Positions 58,906-64,000 of a stretch of 64,000 nt of DNA are shown one piece after another. The notes beneath the pieces are model-generated. The model did not search any database and had not been told where the DNA came from. It was given only the letters and a program-made list of their open reading frames with translations. The stretch is taken from NCBI GenBank assembly GCA_963791045.1, contig CAWBQK010000013.1, positions 224,001 through 288,000 of the forward strand, written 5' to 3'. Position numbers and translations under genes: made by a program. Origin of the DNA: Candidatus Latescibacterota bacterium (GTDB lineage Bacteria; Krumholzibacteriota; Krumholzibacteriia; WVZY01). Position 1 is the first letter of the stretch; each line of letters starts with the position of its first letter.

Positions 58906-60285
58906 CTAGCGAATATCCGCTTTGCAGAGATCCATCAGTTCGGTGATCGAGCCGATATTTTCGAGGCCCCACACCGCGTCCTTCAACCGTTTCCTCGCGT
59001 CGTCCGACAGGACCGGCCTGGCCAACGCGTCAAACTTGTCTTCGATTTCGGCATCGGTGAGCGGGTTGCGTGGATCGCCTTTTGGATAGTCGAGCTGTTT
59101 TTCGAATTCCTTCCCGTCCGTCGTCGTGACCTTAACCTTCACACGCTGGAGTTCGGGGAAAACAGCTTCGATCTCCGGATCGGCAACCACCACGACCTTG
59201 TTCAGCTGCTCGCGGATCTTGTCATCCATGATCCGCTCCTGCTCGAACTGCGCCGGTGTCACCTGACGGTCGACAATCGCCGCCGCAATCACGTAGGGCA
59301 AACTGTGATCCGCCGTCTCCTTCGAGCGCGGGTCGTACTTGCTTGGGTCCGCGAGAATGTCCGCCGCACGAGCGAGTGAGCGGATGTGGACCTCTTTGAC
59401 CTGGTCGGGCGAAAGATCATTTTCAGTTATAATATCGAGAGTGGCCGATATAGGCGCGTGTGTCAGTGCTTCGGTCGGAAATGCTTTCATCCCGCATTTT
59501 TCAATACGCCACGAATCTCCAAGCCCATCGGTCAAAATATTCAGCTTCCATTCGGGGCCGAAACAATGGGTCAGGCCTTCCTTGCCATCGACGACATGCT
59601 CGGGTCCCGTGTAGCCTTTTTCGGCGAGCAGCGCCGCCATCACGCCACTCTGCGTCGCCATCGGATCGACGGTGTTCTTCATCATCGTAAGCTTCCCAGC
59701 CGTAACCGCACCGAGCGTTGAGTGCCGCGAGGCGGAAATACCGATGGCGTGCTGGATCTTTTCCCAGTCGAGACCCAGCATCCAGCCGGCAACGATCGGA
59801 GAAACAAAAGCGGTCAGTGTCGCGTGGTGCCAACCGCGCTCCCGGATCCCGGGGAACGCCGCTTCGCAGAACCGCATCTCAAACTCATGACCCAAAACGA
59901 TACCTACGATCAAGTCTTTGCCGTTTCCGCCGGCCCTTTCACCGCAGGCGAGCGCCGCTGGAATAATATCCGATGGGTGCGACGGATCCTGCTGCCAGTA
60001 AATGTCGTTGTAATCCATGACACGAACCATCAACGCGTTGGCAAGCGACGCCGTCACCGCGTCGGTTTTCTTTCCCGTACCGAGAATAGTCGCGTTTCCC
60101 TTGCCGCCGATTTCCTCGAGGACATCGAGCGCGATCTCCGCGTCTTCCTGGCGCAGTCCGCCAAACGCACACCCCAGAGAATCAAGTAGATAACGCCGCG
60201 CTTCGTGAACGGCGTTCTCGCCGATGTGTTCGAACTTCAAATCGGCGGCCCAGCGAGCCATTTTGGCTGTAATTGTTTCCGACAT
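58906..60285 (-). CDS. prpD: MmgE/PrpD family dehydratase (2-methylcitrate dehydratase-like)
   Basis: LDSLGC, RVMDYND, SHPSD, GWHH, KAFP, ETADHSLPY, PKGDPRNP. Confidence 0.88.
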   Translation of the reverse strand: MSETITAKMARWAADLKFEHIGENAVHEARRYLLDSLGCAFGGLRQEDAEIALDVLEEIGGKGNATILGTGKKTDAVTASLANALMVRVMDYNDIYWQQDPSHPSDIIPAALACGERAGGNGKDLIVGIVLGHEFEMRFCEAAFPGIRERGWHHATLTAFVSPIVAGWMLGLDWEKIQHAIGISASRHSTLGAVTAGKLTMMKNTVDPMATQSGVMAALLAEKGYTGPEHVVDGKEGLTHCFGPEWKLNILTDGLGDSWRIEKCGMKAFPTEALTHAPISATLDIITENDLSPDQVKEVHIRSLARAADILADPSKYDPRSKETADHSLPYVIAAAIVDRQVTPAQFEQERIMDDKIREQLNKVVVVADPEIEAVFPELQRVKVKVTTTDGKEFEKQLDYPKGDPRNPLTDAEIEDKFDALARPVLSDDARKRLKDAVWGLENIGSITELMDLCKADIR

Positions 60286-60338
60286 CCCTAAATCGCCTCC
60301 GCTTCTTGCAACCGGTTCGTCTTGAGACCGGGCAACTA

Positions 60339-60875
60339 CTAAAGGTTTTTGAATGGTAGGAAGCTCATAAAGTCCGCATGATGAACTATGGTCGCTTCGG
60401 TGGTTCTTTTGACGAGTTCCCCTTCACCTGCATGTGCGGCGATGATGTGACACACATCGTCGGGCACTCCGCATTCCATCGCGAGGGCCACACCGGTAAA
60501 AGGATGTCTGAGAAGTTTTCCCCGCACACTCTGCTTCGCCTCGCCGTCTATTTTCTCGTATTCGAGAAGTTTCCCGACATCGGCGAGAATGGCTCCCGCG
60601 ATTACAGTATCCATGTCAATCGCGAGCGCTTTTCCCAAAAATTCCTTCATCGCTTCCGCTGATTTTCGCGCGATGTGCACAACACATCTTTTGTGTTCCA
60701 TAAAAGTCGATGGGCAATTCGGAACGAGCAGCGTAAAAGGAATTCGTTCCAGATCGTCCGCGGTGAGCGGACTCAATTCCAACGCTTTCATCCACGTCTT
60801 TTCAACACTCTCACGAAGCTCGGCATTCTCAATCCATTCCAACTCCGGCCAGAGTTTCGCCACTGCCTCACGCAT
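60339..60875 (-). CDS. HD/HDIG-superfamily protein with HD changed to AD
   Basis: EH..V, AGAILADVGKLLEY, RHPF.G, IIAAH, IVHHAD; GGAGG RBS. Confidence 0.8.
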   Translation of the reverse strand: MREAVAKLWPELEWIENAELRESVEKTWMKALELSPLTADDLERIPFTLLVPNCPSTFMEHKRCVVHIARKSAEAMKEFLGKALAIDMDTVIAGAILADVGKLLEYEKIDGEAKQSVRGKLLRHPFTGVALAMECGVPDDVCHIIAAHAGEGELVKRTTEATIVHHADFMSFLPFKNL

Positions 60876-60956
60876 CGAAAATTCCTCCTGCGAAGATACC
60901 GTTGTTCCGGCCCGTTCCGGCGGGCCACAGGCCCCATATCCATTACTCAACACAAC

Positions 60957-60985
60957 AGATTACGTGGTCTCAAAGCCAATGTCAA
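60957..60985 (-). promoter_or_regulatory. Sigma-70 promoter heading the HD-prpD-lysF-dehydrogenase-citDE-citF operon
   Basis: TTGACA-17 nt-TAATCT. Confidence 0.65.
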
Positions 60986-61041
60986 TTTGTACCGGCGGAT
61001 TCACAACGGGATTTCACTCGGGCGCCGGGGCGGGCACAATT

Positions 61042-61743
61042 TTACAACGATGCGAAGGAGTCCATCGCCTCAGATATAAACATCTCGACGAGCCGCCGAT
61101 CCTTGCGGCCCGACTCGTCCTCGACACCCGTATGGGAATCAACCCCGGCGGGGCGAACGACACGGATAGCCTCGGAAACGTTACCGGGGGTGAGCCCCCC
61201 GGCGAGGATAACCGGAAGCGGCGAAAGCTCGACGAGCCGCCGACTGACCGACCAGTCGTGGGTCTTGCCCGTCGCCCCCGACCGGCCCGTGGCGGGATCG
61301 AAAGTATCCGTCAGGAAAGCGTCGACAAAGGGGCTCATTTTCTCGACGTCGGCGAGAAGATCGGAGAAACTCTCCCTCCGAACAATGAGCGATTTGATCA
61401 CAAAGAGGTCTCCGGCGCACCTTCCCAGGGCGGCGAGTTCTTCGAGCGCCAGATCGCCTTGCAGCTGGACGGCCGGGGCGTTGACGTCCCGGCACAAAGC
61501 CTGGATCTCCTCGGCGCGGTCGAGATAAGTAATCACGATCCCGTGTAACGGCGGCCGGAGCGAATCGATTATCGCTCGCGCCGCTTTCTCAGAGAGGTCC
61601 TCCCTGCCACCGCCAAGACGAAGCGGAAATCCGAGGGACCCGGCGCCGCATTCGCTTACCATTTTCGCCTCATCGTCATCGATGATTCCGGCAATTTGAA
61701 TCAGCGGCCGGCCGTCCTGGAATATTCGGGGTTTGTTCTTCAT
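61042..61743 (-). CDS. trpF: Phosphoribosylanthranilate isomerase-like (TrpF fold) protein
   Basis: VQLQG, LTDT, GATGKTHDW, ILAGGLTPGNV, GVDSHTGVE, KD; the N-terminal KICG motif reads QIAG. Confidence 0.75.
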   Translation of the reverse strand: MKNKPRIFQDGRPLIQIAGIIDDDEAKMVSECGAGSLGFPLRLGGGREDLSEKAARAIIDSLRPPLHGIVITYLDRAEEIQALCRDVNAPAVQLQGDLALEELAALGRCAGDLFVIKSLIVRRESFSDLLADVEKMSPFVDAFLTDTFDPATGRSGATGKTHDWSVSRRLVELSPLPVILAGGLTPGNVSEAIRVVRPAGVDSHTGVEDESGRKDRRLVEMFISEAMDSFASL

Positions 61744-61870
61744 TCGGGGCACCTTGAAAGCGCGTTGAGTCGGCACGGCCCTGATCATACGGGCTTTACA
61801 TGTGGCGGGCAACCCGCATATTCTTGCACGAAAGTTGCCTTCGACCGACCCTTTCAATTGGAGCGGAGAC

Positions 61871-63427
61871 GTGCACCCGACAAAACCCGACGAGAAGCGC
61901 GCGGCGTTCATGGACATCGGCACCAACTCGGTGCGGATGCTGATCGTCGGCATCACCGGCGACACGTACACGGTGCTCAGCAAGCAAAAAGAAATGGTCC
62001 GTCTTGGAGAGGGCGAATTCGACGACGGGATGCTCAAACCCGAAGCCGTGGAACGCGCTGCGCTGGTCTGCGGCGAATTCGCGGAAATGGCCAGGGGATT
62101 CGAAGTGGACGACATCCTCGCGGTCGCCACGTCGGCGCTCCGTGAAGCCGACAACAGGGCCGAGTTCATCGAGCGCCTGCATGAGGAAGCGGCCCTCGAC
62201 GTTAGAGTCATTTCAGGCCCCGAAGAGGCGCGCCTGATCTACCTGGGAGTATCGAGAAGCATCCATCTCGAAAGCACCCCGGCTCTTTTTATCGATATTG
62301 GCGGCGGGAGCACCGAGCTCATCGTCGGCGACAACGTCGACTACGAATCGCTCGACAGCGTGCAGCTCGGCGCAATCCGGCTCGCAAATCTATTTTTTCT
62401 GAAGGACGAAAATGGGCCGGTGCCACGGAGCCGATACAAATTGATCCGTCAGTATGTTTACAACAGGGCGATCCGCGTCATCCAACGGCTTGCCGGCAAA
62501 AAGTATGCGGCGGTGGTGGGCAGTTCTGGGACCATCGAGAATCTCGCCGACATTGCCGCACGGATGTTCCACGGACGTAAACGCGTTCCGGAAGATCTCT
62601 TGACCCGCGCCCAGCTCAAAACGGTTATTTCACACCTTTGTGAGCTTCCGCTCGAAAAGAGGCGGCAGGTACACGGCATAAATGCGAACAGAGCCGACAT
62701 CATCATCGCGGGTGCCGCTGTTCTCGATGGTCTGATGAAAGCGCTCCATGTCGATGAACTCCGCATAAGCGGACGTGGCGTTCAACACGGCCTCCTCGTC
62801 GATTATCTCGCATCAAATCAGCACGATCTTCACGCGAAACCCTACACGGTCCGCGAGCGTAGTGTTTTAAAACTCGGAAGATCCTGCCGGTTCGACGAAC
62901 AACACGCGCGGCACGTGGCGGATCTCGCCCTCGAACTTTTCGACTCGGGCAAAGAGGCGGGGCTTCACGCGCTGGGCGAATGGGAGAGGGAGCTTCTTGG
63001 CCACGCCGCTCTTCTTCACGACGTCGGGATGTTTGTCGCGTATAACAGCCACGAGGCACACACCTACTATCTCATCCGCCACGCCAACCTTCTTGGTTTC
63101 GATCAGACCGAAACCGCGATCATGGCGTCGACGGCTTTCTTTCACCGCAAACGTTTCCCGCGCAAAAAACACCCCGAGTTTGCCACGCTCGACAAACGAT
63201 CCGGCCAAATCGTGAGGGTTCTCGCGACGTTTCTGCGAATGGCGGAAAGTCTCGACCGAAGTCACACTAACGCTATCGACCATGTACGGCTCCTGTCGGG
63301 AGACGAAGAGATCGTTTTGGAGACCCGATCGGAAAAGGGCACGCAGCTCGAAGAATGGAATATCCCCCAGAGGGCCGAGGAGTTCGAGAGGGTGTTCGAA
63401 AAAACGCTCGTGGTTAAGAAGTTGTAG
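61871..63427 (+). CDS. ppx: Ppx/GppA exopolyphosphatase with C-terminal HD domain
   Basis: DIGTNS, ATSALREA, EEARL, DIGGGSTE, GSSGT, RADII, LLHDVG; GTG start after GGAG. Confidence 0.92.
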   Translation: MHPTKPDEKRAAFMDIGTNSVRMLIVGITGDTYTVLSKQKEMVRLGEGEFDDGMLKPEAVERAALVCGEFAEMARGFEVDDILAVATSALREADNRAEFIERLHEEAALDVRVISGPEEARLIYLGVSRSIHLESTPALFIDIGGGSTELIVGDNVDYESLDSVQLGAIRLANLFFLKDENGPVPRSRYKLIRQYVYNRAIRVIQRLAGKKYAAVVGSSGTIENLADIAARMFHGRKRVPEDLLTRAQLKTVISHLCELPLEKRRQVHGINANRADIIIAGAAVLDGLMKALHVDELRISGRGVQHGLLVDYLASNQHDLHAKPYTVRERSVLKLGRSCRFDEQHARHVADLALELFDSGKEAGLHALGEWERELLGHAALLHDVGMFVAYNSHEAHTYYLIRHANLLGFDQTETAIMASTAFFHRKRFPRKKHPEFATLDKRSGQIVRVLATFLRMAESLDRSHTNAIDHVRLLSGDEEIVLETRSEKGTQLEEWNIPQRAEEFERVFEKTLVVKKL

Positions 63428-63480
63428 CGGAAAGGTTTACCGGCTGCAGCGAAGAAAACATCCAACGAGACGCAAGCCGG

Positions 63481-63957
63481 TCATTTCAATAAAGTGGCAG
63501 GTTGCAACAACCAAACGAGCTCCCCGTGCCGGCTGTCCCGAGAGCAAAGATCCACACGCGCGACACTTCCCTTTTTGCACACCACTATGGCGCCGCCGAT
63601 AAGTTCGCCGATAATCGAACTGCAACTCGGCTCGTGACCAACGAAGGCGATCCGTTCAACGGCGGGGTGCTCCTCAATCAACGATCTCACGTCTGACACA
63701 TCGAACCCGAACCCGAGTCTATCATCAACCACAAGCCGATCTTTGATTTCCAGGACATCGGCGACTATTGTGGCCGTCTGAATCGCGCGGGTTAACGGGC
63801 TCGAGACAATGCGATCCACTTCGAACCCTATCTCCGAGAGCCGCCGCGCTTGTTTTTCCATTCGGTACTTTCCGTCGGATGTCAGCGGCCGTTCAAAATC
63901 TCCGCCGTCCCACGCGCTGCGGTCGGCCCTGCCGTGACGGATAAAATAGAGTTCCAC
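63481..63957 (-). CDS. sixA: Phosphohistidine phosphatase SixA
   Basis: IRHG, RPLT, SSPLTRAIQTA, VGHEP, KKG; GGAGG RBS and GTG start. Confidence 0.88.
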   Translation of the reverse strand: MELYFIRHGRADRSAWDGGDFERPLTSDGKYRMEKQARRLSEIGFEVDRIVSSPLTRAIQTATIVADVLEIKDRLVVDDRLGFGFDVSDVRSLIEEHPAVERIAFVGHEPSCSSIIGELIGGAIVVCKKGSVARVDLCSRDSRHGELVWLLQPATLLK

Positions 63958-64000
63958 TTGTCACGTCCTCCCGGTCAAAGCGGCCAGAAAACAGGGATGA

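Noticed and set aside
61744-62211. N-terminal extension of the TrpF-like ORF
   Set aside because: It is antisense to ppx; the TrpF fold starts near 61743.

Overview
GC-rich bacterial chromosomal window of about 55 genes. A C-terminal 'QNVPNPFNPxTxI...Y.L....K.V.LK' FlgD-Ig/sorting-type domain and many lipoproteins suggest an FCB-associated lineage (Latescibacterota/Krumholzibacteriota-like), which is an inference. In order it contains: the end of a SUF Fe-S operon (sufC partial, sufD, sufS, sufU, sufT-like) plus a bacilliredoxin; envelope genes; an ECF sigma/zinc anti-sigma pair; a divergent tryptophanase-family lyase; an OPT-PepD-PqqD-M20-radical SAM peptide cluster; a permuted flavoprotein/membrane/ferredoxin fusion with ferritin; a scrambled patch (59-bp tandem array fused to an aroB remnant); hppD-hmgA; amrS; a 12-bp VNTR; a frameshifted glycoside-hydrolase-like lipoprotein; HtrA; a large secreted metzincin; ppx and sixA. 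The best candidate for an undescribed system is a promoter-to-terminator operon at about 52611-60985 (minus strand). It encodes an HD-like protein (HD->AD), PrpD, a fungal-type homoaconitase, a homoisocitrate-dehydrogenase-like enzyme, a CitD-CitE fusion apparently lacking the prosthetic-group Ser, and CitF, with no citC/citG/citX. This looks like a non-canonical (homo)citrate pathway. No rRNA, tRNA, CRISPR array or transposase was recognised. All product calls come from motif recognition without database searches.
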